Assembly (NCBI GenBank): GCA_900546995.1 | Contig: URFF01000002.1 | Span: 1,237-65,236, forward strand | Source of the DNA: an uncultured Sutterella sp. | GTDB taxonomy: Bacteria > Pseudomonadota > Gammaproteobacteria > Burkholderiales > Burkholderiaceae_F | DNA: 64,000 nt | Direction of reading: 5' to 3' | Shown here: in pieces, positions 10,829-21,114 of the stretch | Numbering within the stretch: position 1 is the first letter of the stretch | Layout of the letters: every line of letters starts with the position of its first letter | The notes under the pieces: model-generated | Database searches by the model: none | What the model was told of the DNA's origin: nothing | What the model saw: only the letters and a program-made list of their open reading frames with translations | Translations under genes and position numbers: made by a program

Positions 10829-11574
10829 TTTTTCGCTTTGCCTTGGGCGGCAACTGCAGCCATAGCCGCTTCAATCTCAGCCTGGTTGCCGAGATAGTAG
10901 TGACGAATGGGTTTCATATCGTCATCGAACTCATAAACGAGAGGACGGGCGGTGGGAATGTTCAAATGAACGATTTCCTCGTCGCTCATGTTATCGATAT
11001 ATTTGATCAAAGCGCGAAGCGAGTTGCCATGGGCGGCAATCAACACTCGTTTACCGGCACGAATGCTCGGTTCAATTTCAGCTTTCCAATAGGGAATCAC
11101 ACGGGCAACGGTATCTTTCAGGCACTCCGTGGCAGGAATTTCTTCCGGTTTCAAGTCTGCGTAGCGAGGATCTTTGCCAGCCCAACGTTCGTCATCGGGA
11201 GACAGCGGGTTGGGCGGAATGGCGTAGGCGCGGCGCCAAATCAACACTTGTTCATCACCGTATTTCGCAGCGGTTTCGGCTTTGTTGAGACCTTGCAGGG
11301 CGCCATAGTGGCGTTCATTTAAACGCCAGGAGTTTTTGATCGGCAAATAGGGACAATCCATCGCATCTAATGCAATCCAAAGCGTGTGAATGGCTCGACG
11401 CAGGACACTGGTGTAGCAAAGGTCGAATTGATAACCTTCTTTTTTGAGCAATTCGCCAGCTTTACGAGCTTCTTCCCGGCCTTTTTCCGTTAAGTCAACA
11501 TCGGTCCAACCGGTGAAGCGGTTTTCCAAATTCCATTGGCTTTCGCCGTGGCGCATTAAAACGAGCTTGAACAT
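10825..11574 (-). CDS. gpmA: 2,3-bisphosphoglycerate-dependent phosphoglycerate mutase
   Basis: [22 protein letters not shown]. Confidence 0.97.
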   Translation of the reverse strand: MFKLVLMRHGESQWNLENRFTGWTDVDLTEKGREEARKAGELLKKEGYQFDLCYTSVLRRAIHTLWIALDAMDCPYLPIKNSWRLNERHYGALQGLNKAETAAKYGDEQVLIWRRAYAIPPNPLSPDDERWAGKDPRYADLKPEEIPATECLKDTVARVIPYWKAEIEPSIRAGKRVLIAAHGNSLRALIKYIDNMSDEEIVHLNIPTARPLVYEFDDDMKPIRHYYLGNQAEIEAAMAAVAAQGKAKK

Positions 11575-11757
11575 GGTGTTTCTCTATGGATAAGAAAAGA
11601 ATAAACAGATTCTTTAATTTTAGAAGAAAATTCGGATCTTCACGGAGTTCACCACAAAAAAGTTGTAATTTGTTGTACTATCCCTCAGGACCTGAGTTGA
11701 CGAGTTCATTGAGCTTGTCGCCGGTGCAATTTAGACAGCCTAAACGGTGAGAGAATC

Positions 11758-12162
11758 GTGATTGAATTTATTCTTGATAATTTATTGCTGGTTGCCGTTG
11801 TTTTGGTTTCAGGGGGCCTGTTAGCTTGGCCTTTGATTGCCGACAAGACGATGGGACCGGTCGTTGATAATGACCAGGCGATTGAGTACATCAATCGGAA
11901 AAATGCTTTTGTACTGGATGTGCGTTCTCCCAAGGAATTTAAGCGGGGGGCTATTGCCGGTTCGAAAAACATTCCTTTTGAAAACTTCGAGGCTCGTCTG
12001 GAAGAGTGTCCAAAAGATCGCCCGATTATTGTGGTCGATACGGTGCATACCTTTAGTCACAAAGCAGCGACATTGCTTCGTAAAAAAGGCTACAAGGATG
12101 TCTTTGTGTTGACTGATGGCATTAAAGGTTGGGTTGATGCTCGACTTCCCTTTACCCGATAA
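11758..12162 (+). CDS. Rhodanese-like domain protein (YibN-like)
   Basis: N-terminal TM, LDVR, position upstream of secB. Confidence 0.8.
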   Translation: MIEFILDNLLLVAVVLVSGGLLAWPLIADKTMGPVVDNDQAIEYINRKNAFVLDVRSPKEFKRGAIAGSKNIPFENFEARLEECPKDRPIIVVDTVHTFSHKAATLLRKKGYKDVFVLTDGIKGWVDARLPFTR

Positions 12163-12196
12163 ACATTGACAATTGAACCATAAAAAGGACTAAATC

Positions 12197-12703
12197 ATGG
12201 CCGAAGAAAACATGAATGGCGAAGCCGCACAAAACCAAGAGGCAGCACCTGCCGCGGCTTTCCAATTGGAACGTTGCTACATGAAGGATGCATCGGTTGA
12301 AATGCCTCATGCTCCTGAAGTGTTCGTTAAGCCCTTGCAGAAGCAGCCGATGCTTGACATGCAGTTTGAAGTGAGCATCAAGACGCTTGACGACGCTCAC
12401 CGCGAAGTGACTGTGCGTGCGACGGTTACCATCAAGGAAGAAGAAAATGTCATGTTGATTACCGAAGTAAAGCAAGCGGGTATTTTCCAAATCCGTGGCT
12501 TTACCGAAGAACAAATGGCTCATATTTGCAATGTGGTTTGCCCGACGATTGTGTTCCCGTATTTGCGCGCTAATGTGGCCGATCTGGTTTCGCGTACCTC
12601 GATGGCCCCTGTTCATTTGCCGGAAATGAATTTTGAGTCGTTGTATCAACAGCGTTTAGCTCAAGCTGCAGCCGCTCAAGAAAAGGCTCAACAACCGAAC
12701 TAA
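12197..12703 (+). CDS. secB: Protein export chaperone SecB
   Basis: YMKDASVEMP, EVKQAGIF, CPTIVFPYLR. Confidence 0.95.
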   Translation: MAEENMNGEAAQNQEAAPAAAFQLERCYMKDASVEMPHAPEVFVKPLQKQPMLDMQFEVSIKTLDDAHREVTVRATVTIKEEENVMLITEVKQAGIFQIRGFTEEQMAHICNVVCPTIVFPYLRANVADLVSRTSMAPVHLPEMNFESLYQQRLAQAAAAQEKAQQPN

Positions 12704-12721
12704 TTTCCTGTCTTTGTACAG

Positions 12722-12766
12722 AAAGAGAAAGCGAGCAGCTTGATAGGTGTGCGCTTTCTCTTTTTT
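12722..12766 (+). terminator. Intrinsic terminator after secB
   Basis: AAAGAGAAAGCG...CGCTTTCTCTTT followed by T run. Confidence 0.6.
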
Positions 12767-12769
12767 CTT

Positions 12770-14695
12770 ATGGCAAACGCAAAAACACAAGCACCTCAAC
12801 TGTCTAGTCGCTTGCTCAGATTGTCACTTCTCTGGGTGGCGATACTGATTGCCTCGGTGGTCTATACCCTATTTGTGACCTGGCAGATGGAAAACGCGAC
12901 AGGCATTGTCCGATCGGCCAACGTCATCCGCAATGATCTTTATCAAGTCGGATATACATTCTCAACACAAGCTCGTGATGTTGATCGTGTCGGTTTGGAT
13001 GTCCAAGGTGCTGTTTGGCGTATCGACCATACTCTGACACAAGTGATGGTGGGTGACGATTCAACCTATAGTGTCATGGCCAAAGACGATCGTGTTGATA
13101 AGCTGCTAGGGACCATTGACCAGCGTTGGCGTCAGCAAGTCAAACCTACGCTTCTTCGTTGGAATGAAGGCCATGAGTTTACAGTGCCCGAGAGGGAAGA
13201 GCTCTTAATGGACTTGTATCAGTTGAATCAACAAATTGAGCACTGGACGGCTCTCATTGATGCTCAGGCCAACCGTAATATTGTTGTGTTGCGCTACACG
13301 CAAGTGGCTTTAGGGGGCGTTTCTATCCTCAGTGTCATCGTTGTGATGTGGTTTTTGGTTGTTTCTGTGTTAAGACCGTTAAATCAGTTGGGCGAGGGGA
13401 TCGAAAGACTGCGGGCTTCAGATTGGAAAACACAAGTCCACGCGGAGGCAACGCAGGAATTCTCACAAATTTCGGCGGGATTTAATGATTTAGCCAGCCA
13501 CTTGGATGATGTTTACAGCAACTTGGAGAAAAAAGTTGCAGAGAAAACGAGTTCACTGGCAGAAAAAAATGCCTATTTGACGACACTTTATGGACTGACT
13601 GCTTATTTGGGCGAGCAGCATTCGATGAATGAGCTTTACGAATCATTTTTGGTTCGCACGATGACGCTAACCGGCGCTCAGGCAGGTGATATTCGTTTGA
13701 TTGACGAAGCCTCAGGTCGATGCCAGACTGTTTGGGGCAAGGGCTTTAAACACATTGACGGTAAACAGAACGCTTTATTGGAAATTTTGCCTTTACCTGC
13801 CACCGTGGATAGTCCGTACCCTCAGCGTTTAATGGAAGCGGAGATGCCGGAGGATGGGTTTTGCCGGCATAGTGGATATAAATTGGTAACGGTTTACCAT
13901 ATTCGGCATAAGCAGAAAAACATTGGGTTGTTTAGCCTGTATTTCAACGAAGTCCGCCCGGTTGATCCTGGTATGGATACTTTGTTGGAGAACTTAGGAC
14001 GACACTTGGGGGCAGCCATCGAAAATATGCGCTTGGCGGCATTGGATCAGCAATTGGCAGTTGGGCAGGAGCGCAACCTTTTAGCTCAAAACTTACACGA
14101 TTCGATTGCCCAAACCTTGTCTTTTCTTAATCTTCAGGTGCAGATGCTCGATGATGCGTTAAAGCATCAAAATCAAGAGCAAATCAATGACGGGATCAAG
14201 CAAATCAAGGCCGGTGTCCAGGAGTGTTACGACGACGTTCGAGAGTTACTGCTGAACTTCCGGACGCGTGTCAGTAACGAAGCCTTTGACGATATTGTAC
14301 GTAGCGTTTTGGATCGTTTTGAACGTCAAACTCACGTTAAGGCCCATTTGACAATGACAGGCAATGGTGTGGCGCTTAATTCGGCTCAAAAGCTTCAGGC
14401 CATTTTTATTTTGCAGGAAGCACTATCAAATGTTAGAAAGCATGCAAAAGCATCCACTGTTTTCATTTCAGTCAAAAATGGTGAAGACTTTGAAATGAAA
14501 ATTATGGACGATGGCATAGGGATTGATCCCCAACTGTTAGAATCCCGAAAGCAACGTCATGTTGGTTTGTCGATTATGAAAGAGCGGGCTCAACGAATTT
14601 CGGCAAACATTGAAATTGAGTCTGAACCCAATCAGGGGACAACCGTACGGTTTTTCTTACCGCGAACGAAGCGTGCAGCCATTAGTGGTGACTAA
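12770..14695 (+). CDS. narX: NarX/NarQ-like sensor histidine kinase
   Basis: Two TMs, periplasmic PilJ/NarX-like domain, HAMP, GAF-like region, HisKA_3 LHDSIAQ, EALSNVRKHA, DDGIG; ATG 12770 chosen as start. Confidence 0.8.
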   Translation: MANAKTQAPQLSSRLLRLSLLWVAILIASVVYTLFVTWQMENATGIVRSANVIRNDLYQVGYTFSTQARDVDRVGLDVQGAVWRIDHTLTQVMVGDDSTYSVMAKDDRVDKLLGTIDQRWRQQVKPTLLRWNEGHEFTVPEREELLMDLYQLNQQIEHWTALIDAQANRNIVVLRYTQVALGGVSILSVIVVMWFLVVSVLRPLNQLGEGIERLRASDWKTQVHAEATQEFSQISAGFNDLASHLDDVYSNLEKKVAEKTSSLAEKNAYLTTLYGLTAYLGEQHSMNELYESFLVRTMTLTGAQAGDIRLIDEASGRCQTVWGKGFKHIDGKQNALLEILPLPATVDSPYPQRLMEAEMPEDGFCRHSGYKLVTVYHIRHKQKNIGLFSLYFNEVRPVDPGMDTLLENLGRHLGAAIENMRLAALDQQLAVGQERNLLAQNLHDSIAQTLSFLNLQVQMLDDALKHQNQEQINDGIKQIKAGVQECYDDVRELLLNFRTRVSNEAFDDIVRSVLDRFERQTHVKAHLTMTGNGVALNSAQKLQAIFILQEALSNVRKHAKASTVFISVKNGEDFEMKIMDDGIGIDPQLLESRKQRHVGLSIMKERAQRISANIEIESEPNQGTTVRFFLPRTKRAAISGD

Positions 14696-14731
14696 TGCAC
14701 CAATGGCTGCGTTCACGGTGAAGGGTTTTTA

Positions 14732-15433
14732 ATGTCGGAGAGTTCAATGTCAATTCGAATTTTATTAGTTGATGATCACACACTGTTTCGTTCCGGTTTA
14801 AAAGCTTTGTTATCGCGTCAAGATGATTTTGAGGTGGTTGGTGAGGCTTCTGATGGCTTGGAAGGTGTCAAGTTGGCCGAACAGCTTCAACCTGATTTGG
14901 TCCTTCTTGATCTGGATATGCCGGTCATGAACGGAACCGAAGCATTGGCTCAAATGATGGAAATGAACCGACAGTTGCCGGTAGTGATGTTGACGGTGAG
15001 TGAAGACGCCGACGATTTAAAAGAAGCGTTCGTACTGGGAGCCCGTGGCTATTTGGTTAAAAATATTGATGCGGATTATCTCGTTAACAGTATCCGTAAG
15101 ATTGTGGCGGGCGAAAGCGTGATGTCACCGGAAATGACCAGTAAATTTGTTAACGGTATCCGTGCGAAGAACCTGAGCTTAATGCCAGAAGTAAGGCCTG
15201 AAACCGTTCGTAGTCTGACGGAGCGAGAGCGCCAAATTTTAGGCTGTTTGGCTCAGGGAGCGAGCAATCGAGAAATGGCCCAAATGCTGAATATGTCAGA
15301 AAGCACGGTCAAGGCACACTTACAGCGGATTATGCGTCGATTCGATTTCAGCTCCCGAGTGCAGGCGGCCGTTTTTGCTGCCGAGCGTCATATGGATCGC
15401 TATCTATTAGAAAGCTTGCAGCAGAAAAATTAA
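14732..15433 (+). CDS. narL: NarL-family response regulator
   Basis: LVDDH, LLDLDMP, LTVSE, LuxR-type HTH; follows NarX-like kinase. Confidence 0.8.
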   Translation: MSESSMSIRILLVDDHTLFRSGLKALLSRQDDFEVVGEASDGLEGVKLAEQLQPDLVLLDLDMPVMNGTEALAQMMEMNRQLPVVMLTVSEDADDLKEAFVLGARGYLVKNIDADYLVNSIRKIVAGESVMSPEMTSKFVNGIRAKNLSLMPEVRPETVRSLTERERQILGCLAQGASNREMAQMLNMSESTVKAHLQRIMRRFDFSSRVQAAVFAAERHMDRYLLESLQQKN

Positions 15434-15437
15434 ATTT

Positions 15438-15463
15438 CCAACCGCACAAGTCTGTGCGGTTGG
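15438..15463. terminator. Hairpin between convergent narL and trmL
   Basis: CCAACCGCAC/GTGCGGTTGG perfect 10-bp stem. Confidence 0.6.
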
Positions 15464-15474
15464 CCTAATGTCAA

Positions 15475-15951
15475 TTAAATGCCGCCCGTGTATCCGTTTT
15501 GTCGCCAGGCTTCATAGACGGTGACTGCGACGGAATTGGATAAATTCAACGAACGGTTGTTTGGTCTCATCGGTAAGCGGATTCGCTGCTCAGTTGGAAA
15601 ACTGTTACGGATAGCGTCTGGTAATCCATGTCCTTCGCTACCGAAGACAAACCAATCTCCTGGTAAAAATTTTGATTCTGCAAAGGGGTGCGAGCCCTTT
15701 GTCGTCATAGCAAACATACGACTTCGATCCGGATTTTCCGTTGCTAGAAAATCGTCAAAGCTTTTATGTACTTTGACTGTTGCATACTCATGGTAGTCCA
15801 AACCGGCTCGAATCATGTGTTTGTCATCTAATGAAAATCCTAGCGGTTCAACTAAATGCAATTCGCATCCGGTGTTTGCACAGAGTCGAATGATGTTTCC
15901 GGTATTAGGCGGAATTTCTGGAGCAACTAAAACAACTTTAAACATATTCAT
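15475..15951 (-). CDS. trmL: tRNA (cytidine/uridine34-2'-O)-methyltransferase
   Basis: [26 protein letters not shown]. Confidence 0.95.
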   Translation of the reverse strand: MNMFKVVLVAPEIPPNTGNIIRLCANTGCELHLVEPLGFSLDDKHMIRAGLDYHEYATVKVHKSFDDFLATENPDRSRMFAMTTKGSHPFAESKFLPGDWFVFGSEGHGLPDAIRNSFPTEQRIRLPMRPNNRSLNLSNSVAVTVYEAWRQNGYTGGI

Positions 15952-16870
15952 CAGCAGGCGCTGTGAGCGCCTTTCTCATTTTGATTAACGCATTTTTCTC
16001 GATTTGGCGAACGCGCTCTGCGGAAACTCCCAATTCTTTGGCAAGTTCTTGCAGGGTTTTGGGCGCTAGATTGCCATTCTCATCTTCGTTGAGCCAGCGC
16101 GCTTGAATGACTTTTCGACTTCGTTCATCCAAACTCAGTAAGGCCTGCCGAATTCCCTCGCGTTGCATTCGCTCTTCGTCTTTTTGTTCAAGTACCTGTG
16201 AGGGCTCATCTTTTTCGGACGATAACCATTGAATCGGGGCATTCGTTGCGCCGTCTTCATCTTCTTCAGTTGGAGTGTCCAGCGATGTGTCATTGCCGTA
16301 CATACGCTGCTCCATTTCCAATACTTCCGAAGGCTTGACATCCAATGTATGGGCTATTTTGTCTGCCTGTGAATAGGTCAGCGCATTTTCACCCCGCATG
16401 GAACGAAGATTAAAGAAAAGTTTTCGTTGAGCCTTTGTGGTTGCCAGTTTAACTTGTCGCCAATTTTTAATAATGTAGTCTTGAATTTCTGAGCGAATCC
16501 AGTATTCGGCAAATGTCATCAGACGCGCGCCATGGGATGGATCAAAGTGCTTGATGGCCTTCATTAAGCCGATGTTGCCTTCTTGGATGAGATCGGCGTG
16601 GGGGATGCCATAGCCGAGGTACGAGCGCGCTATCGCGATGACCAGCCGTAAATGGGCCATAACAAGGTCACGACCGGCAGCCATATCATTGTCATTGTGT
16701 AAGCGCTCCATCAAGCGCTTTTCTTCCTCATAAGACAAAATAGGCACACGATTAGCAGCCTGGATGTAGGCATCCAAGTTTCCCAAACTGGGGATAACGG
16801 CAGGTACCTTGCTTTGGTAGGGGACCAGCGCACCGCCGGAGGCATTTTTTTCGTTTTTGGTTTCAGCCAT
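15938..16870 (-). CDS. rpoH: RNA polymerase sigma-32 factor
   Basis: RpoH box [25 protein letters not shown] 16870 chosen as start. Confidence 0.95.
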   Translation of the reverse strand: MAETKNEKNASGGALVPYQSKVPAVIPSLGNLDAYIQAANRVPILSYEEEKRLMERLHNDNDMAAGRDLVMAHLRLVIAIARSYLGYGIPHADLIQEGNIGLMKAIKHFDPSHGARLMTFAEYWIRSEIQDYIIKNWRQVKLATTKAQRKLFFNLRSMRGENALTYSQADKIAHTLDVKPSEVLEMEQRMYGNDTSLDTPTEEDEDGATNAPIQWLSSEKDEPSQVLEQKDEERMQREGIRQALLSLDERSRKVIQARWLNEDENGNLAPKTLQELAKELGVSAERVRQIEKNALIKMRKALTAPADEYV

Positions 16871-16892
16871 GGGAATGCTCAAGGTGGGCGAT

Positions 16893-17804
16893 TTAATCGA
16901 TACGTTCGATTTTCGCAATAGCCCGTTGGGTAATGATGCTTGCGATCAAGCCACCCAAGAGGGAACAAAACACAATAAAGCCGGCATTGAATTCCCAGGG
17001 TAAGGTGGAAATCACGATGGAGGTTCCATACTGATTTCCGACACTTTGCAATGCTTCATTTAAAAAACCGGTCGCAAAGCGTGATAAGCCCAAGGCAATG
17101 ACGGCGGCTAACCCCATTGTTAAGAATCCTCGCCAGGCATACGGTCGAATGGAAAAAGAAGCTGAGGCACCGAAAAGATACAACATGCTCAGCTCATTTT
17201 TTTGAGCATCCGTGGCAAGACGTACACTTGCGGTGATCACGCAGACGAGCAACATCAGGGTAATGATCGTAAATATAACACCAAGGTTAAACAAGGCGTC
17301 GTAAATTGCGTTTAATTTTGTTAACCAGGTGCTGTCGTAGGCAACCATATCAACGCCAGAGAGCTTTTCAATGTTTTTCGCTGTTTTCTCAATATCTTCG
17401 GGAGCCATATTTTGATCTAACGTCACGATAATCAAATCCGGTAACGGATTGGCTGATTTATCGTTATTGTTTGTTTTGATTCCCAAATTTTCATTGAGCG
17501 CTTTAAAGGCTTCTTCTTTAGGTATGGTCGTAATTTTCATGACATGCTCATGACGACCAATTCGAGCCTCAAGGTTGGTCATTTGGCTTTTTGTGATGCC
17601 ATCATCGGTAAAGACGGTGACTTCGGGTGATACGGGAACCGACCGCAAAGGTTCTGAAAGACCATAGACGATACTGGCAACAAACACAGGAATCGTCAAA
17701 GAGAGGCTTGCCAGTGCGAGCGCAAGGAAAAACAACCCTTTGGCATTGTTAATGCCACGCAATACCTGTTGAAGCGCCCATGCGCGAGAAGACAAAAAAC
17801 TCAT
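16893..17804 (-). CDS. ftsX: Cell division permease FtsX
   Basis: Four-TM layout, NPLPD motif, between ftsE and rpoH. Confidence 0.8.
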   Translation of the reverse strand: MSFLSSRAWALQQVLRGINNAKGLFFLALALASLSLTIPVFVASIVYGLSEPLRSVPVSPEVTVFTDDGITKSQMTNLEARIGRHEHVMKITTIPKEEAFKALNENLGIKTNNNDKSANPLPDLIIVTLDQNMAPEDIEKTAKNIEKLSGVDMVAYDSTWLTKLNAIYDALFNLGVIFTIITLMLLVCVITASVRLATDAQKNELSMLYLFGASASFSIRPYAWRGFLTMGLAAVIALGLSRFATGFLNEALQSVGNQYGTSIVISTLPWEFNAGFIVFCSLLGGLIASIITQRAIAKIERID

Positions 17805-18487
17805 CGCAGAGCCTCATGTTGAGAAGCGAAACGGACCTCACGATAGGGAATACCGTAAGGAGTGAGTAAAAGGTGCGAGGCCACAATAACGGTTACACCG
17901 GCGCTGGCAAACTCACCAAGTAGATTAATAAGCGTTTGAGCATTGTTAGCGTCTAAATGAGCAGCTGGTTCATCGGCCAAAATTAAAACCGGTAAATTCA
18001 CGACGGCCCGAGCTAGACTCACTTGCTGCCGCTGACCTGAAGAGAGGTCAATTGGCATCGCATAAGCTAATTCTGAAACATGGCAGCGTGAAAGAGCCGC
18101 CAGCGCCTGCTGACGAGCTTGGGCAGTTGTCGCTTCCGCAGCAAGCGCAGGCAACATGACATTTTCCAAAATCGAGCGATCGGGTAAAAGCGGTGAGTCT
18201 TGCATCATCAGACCGATCGCCCGTCGAAGCCAACGCCTCTGGAGGATGGAAAAATTCTGAACGTCTTCGCCGGCGACCCGCACGGCTCCCTTGGTGGGAT
18301 TTAATAAGCCTGCAATTAACCGCAAAACAGTGGATTTTCCACACCCAGTGTCACCATGCAAAACGACAAACTCTCCGCGATAAATTTTCACAGAGACATC
18401 GCGCAACACCTGCATGTCATCAAAGTCCATGAAAACATGGGCTAATTCCACGAGGGGGTTGTCTTGGGGAACAATGGGGTTTGTCAT
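17801..18487 (-). CDS. ftsE: Cell division ABC ATPase FtsE
   Basis: GDTGCGKST, LSSGQ, LADEP; overlaps ftsX. Confidence 0.75.
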   Translation of the reverse strand: MTNPIVPQDNPLVELAHVFMDFDDMQVLRDVSVKIYRGEFVVLHGDTGCGKSTVLRLIAGLLNPTKGAVRVAGEDVQNFSILQRRWLRRAIGLMMQDSPLLPDRSILENVMLPALAAEATTAQARQQALAALSRCHVSELAYAMPIDLSSGQRQQVSLARAVVNLPVLILADEPAAHLDANNAQTLINLLGEFASAGVTVIVASHLLLTPYGIPYREVRFASQHEALR

Positions 18488-18500
18488 GAAAATCTAAAAA

Positions 18501-19973
18501 TCAGCAATAACGAAAGTCAAAGGTATATTGTACGGCTTTCCAGTGGCTTACTTCACATCCCAAGAGGAATTTTATTAAAGGATGGGTTTCCAACCAGTTC
18601 TTGGATAGGATTTGAAGTTCAAAATGGTTGGTTCCCAATGAAAGAAGCCGGAGTTCGGGTAATGCTGTGCGCGTTCTTTCCTGAGCGAAGATGCAGGCTA
18701 GGCGTAGGCAAAGTAACGATAAAGTCCAAGCGGAGTCCCTCATTTGAGTATTAAAAGCTTGAAGTTCTCCACGTTGAGCCAGGATCAAATCCGCAATCCA
18801 GCGCTGAGATGATGCCGAGAATCCAACAAGATCGGCATGCTCAACGATATAGGCTCCATGGTGATGGAATCCATTATGACTGATATTCGTTCCGATCTCG
18901 TGAAGTTGTGCCGCCCAATGAAGGCATTTTTTCTCTTCATCCAAACCATCCGGAATGAGTGAGCGCATGAGCGCCGCACTTAAAGAGTCAACACGAGTAG
19001 TTTGTTCACGGTCCCACTGAACAAGGGACAAAAGCCTGTTAATGCTTTGGGTCCTGCAGTCATTATGGTTAAGTTTATCGAGCAGGTCGTAGAGCACTCC
19101 CATGCGTAGCGCTCCTGAGGAAAATGCCATCTGATTGATTTCCAAGGCATCAAAAACAGCACATAACACCGCAAGGCCTCCGGCGATGACATCTTTTCTG
19201 GACTGGTGCAGATCTTCAAGTTGAAGCTTTTTTATTTCGCCGCAATCAATGAAATAGTCGCGAATTCTGTGAAGATCTTCCCGTGTGATGATCTCATTGT
19301 TAAGACCAAGCGTCCGAGCGATGGAACAAATCGCCTCCATGGAGCCAGAGGAGCCATAGGCTTCATCCCAGATCCGCGGAGCGCTGAAAACCTTTCTGGC
19401 TTCGATCAAATGGGAGTAAGCCGCCAGTTGCGCAGCTTCAAAGCGACTGCGTGAGATAATGCCGTCGGCAAAATAAGCAAGTGTCAAACTCACGCATCCG
19501 ACATGAAAAGAATTGCAAACTTGGGCTTGGTAGCCTTGACCCACTGAAAGTTCGGTAGATGCCCCACCAATGTCAACAATAAGACGGCGAGCTAGGGATG
19601 GTTGCAGAGCGTGAGAGCAGCCCACAAAAATAAGTCGCGCCTCTTCGTTACCTCTTAAGACTTCAATGGGATAGCCGAGTGCTTTTTGGGCCTTTTCGAT
19701 AAATTCCGGTGCGTTTTTTGCGACACGCAAGGTCTGGGTTCCAACGGCTCGCACGTGGCTAGTTGGGAAACCGACTAAAAGGCTCTTAAATCTCGAAAGT
19801 GTATTGAGCGCTCGTTGCTGAGCGGCTAAGGAAAGGTTTCCCGCGTCATCCAACCCGGCAGCGATTCTGACACCTTCTTTGAAGTAGCTTTCAGGAACAA
19901 TCTCGTTGGCTTCAACACGACCGATTTGTAATCGAAAACTATTAGAGCCGAGATCGACAGAGGCAACATGCAT
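18501..19973 (-). CDS. ppx: Exopolyphosphatase Ppx/GppA
   Basis: DLGSNSF, EEARL, DIGGASTE, C-terminal LHEIG. Confidence 0.9.
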   Translation of the reverse strand: MHVASVDLGSNSFRLQIGRVEANEIVPESYFKEGVRIAAGLDDAGNLSLAAQQRALNTLSRFKSLLVGFPTSHVRAVGTQTLRVAKNAPEFIEKAQKALGYPIEVLRGNEEARLIFVGCSHALQPSLARRLIVDIGGASTELSVGQGYQAQVCNSFHVGCVSLTLAYFADGIISRSRFEAAQLAAYSHLIEARKVFSAPRIWDEAYGSSGSMEAICSIARTLGLNNEIITREDLHRIRDYFIDCGEIKKLQLEDLHQSRKDVIAGGLAVLCAVFDALEINQMAFSSGALRMGVLYDLLDKLNHNDCRTQSINRLLSLVQWDREQTTRVDSLSAALMRSLIPDGLDEEKKCLHWAAQLHEIGTNISHNGFHHHGAYIVEHADLVGFSASSQRWIADLILAQRGELQAFNTQMRDSAWTLSLLCLRLACIFAQERTRTALPELRLLSLGTNHFELQILSKNWLETHPLIKFLLGCEVSHWKAVQYTFDFRYC

Positions 19974-19978
19974 TCGTT

Positions 19979-20467
19979 CTATTCCTTGTGAGCATCTCGT
20001 TTAGAGGCTAATGCGCGACATACCGCCGGACTGACAAAGGCGGAAACATCACCGCCCAAACGGTAAATTTCTCTGACAAGAGAGCCAGAAATTGCCTGAG
20101 TTCCGCTAATCGGCGGGAAAAAAATGGTTTGAACATCGTGATTGAGCGCTCTGTTGACGGCAGCCATCCGAGTTTCATAATCAAAATCGCTACCGTTACG
20201 TACTCCGCGAATGAGTACGTTCGCTGATCGAGCTTTAACAAATTCGCTCAGCAATCCTTCAAAGCCAACAACTTCAACGCCGGGGCGTTGTCCAATAACT
20301 TCTCGAGCCAAAAGTACCCGCTCTTCATAGGAGAAAAAGGTCTTTTTACCGGTGTCCGCGGCCACGGCAACAATGATGTTGTCAAAAATTTGGCAGGCCC
20401 GATTCAGAACATCTTCATGTCCTAATGTAAATGGATCAAATGTTCCGGCGTATACAGCAATAGTCAT
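19979..20467 (-). CDS. coaD: Pantetheine-phosphate adenylyltransferase
   Basis: YAGTFDPFTLGH, RGVR..SDFDYE. Confidence 0.95.
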   Translation of the reverse strand: MTIAVYAGTFDPFTLGHEDVLNRACQIFDNIIVAVAADTGKKTFFSYEERVLLAREVIGQRPGVEVVGFEGLLSEFVKARSANVLIRGVRNGSDFDYETRMAAVNRALNHDVQTIFFPPISGTQAISGSLVREIYRLGGDVSAFVSPAVCRALASKRDAHKE

Positions 20468-21108
20468 AAATCCAAATCCTTGATCTTTACCAGACGGTAA
20501 GCAACGGCACCAGGATGTCCTTCTCGTACGACTTCAAGATGAAGTTGTTCAAATAGTTCATAGCAGTCCCACTCATTTGGGGACTCAATATAAATGACAC
20601 CATTTGCCTTTAGGTGGGAAAGCGCAATCTTGATTGCTTTTTCATGGTAATTCAGCGCAAACGGCGGGTCAATAAAAATAATGTCAAAATGTTCATCCCG
20701 GTTAGTTAGCAAGGATAAAACATCACCTCGGATCAATTCAATTTGGTTGGCATTGAGTTTTTCTTGGGTGGCTTTCAATAAAGCATGGGCTGTAATGTTT
20801 TTTTCGAACATTACAGCACGTTGCCCGCCTCGGCTTGCAAATTCAAATCCCAATGCTCCGGAGCCAGCAAACATGTCGAGGGCACTTAGATTCGTAAAAT
20901 CGCCGTAAAAGAAAGTCAACCAATTGAATAGGGTTTCGCGTATGCGATCTCCTGTGGGTCTGAGTCCCATGGCATCGGATACCGTCAATGGGGTACGACG
21001 CCACATTCCGGCGATAATTCGAACGGAACCACTGCCGCTTCTCGAGCTGACTCTTGGTAAACTTACGTCACGTTGATTGTGACGAGATTTCATTTTCATA
21101 GGACGCAT
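20464..21108 (-). CDS. rsmD: 16S rRNA m2G966 methyltransferase
   Basis: LRPTGDRIRETLFNWL, FAGSGALG, DPPF; start uncertain (21108/21099/21093). Confidence 0.92.
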   Translation of the reverse strand: MRPMKMKSRHNQRDVSLPRVSSRSGSGSVRIIAGMWRRTPLTVSDAMGLRPTGDRIRETLFNWLTFFYGDFTNLSALDMFAGSGALGFEFASRGGQRAVMFEKNITAHALLKATQEKLNANQIELIRGDVLSLLTNRDEHFDIIFIDPPFALNYHEKAIKIALSHLKANGVIYIESPNEWDCYELFEQLHLEVVREGHPGAVAYRLVKIKDLDL

Positions 21109-21114
21109 AAGCTA

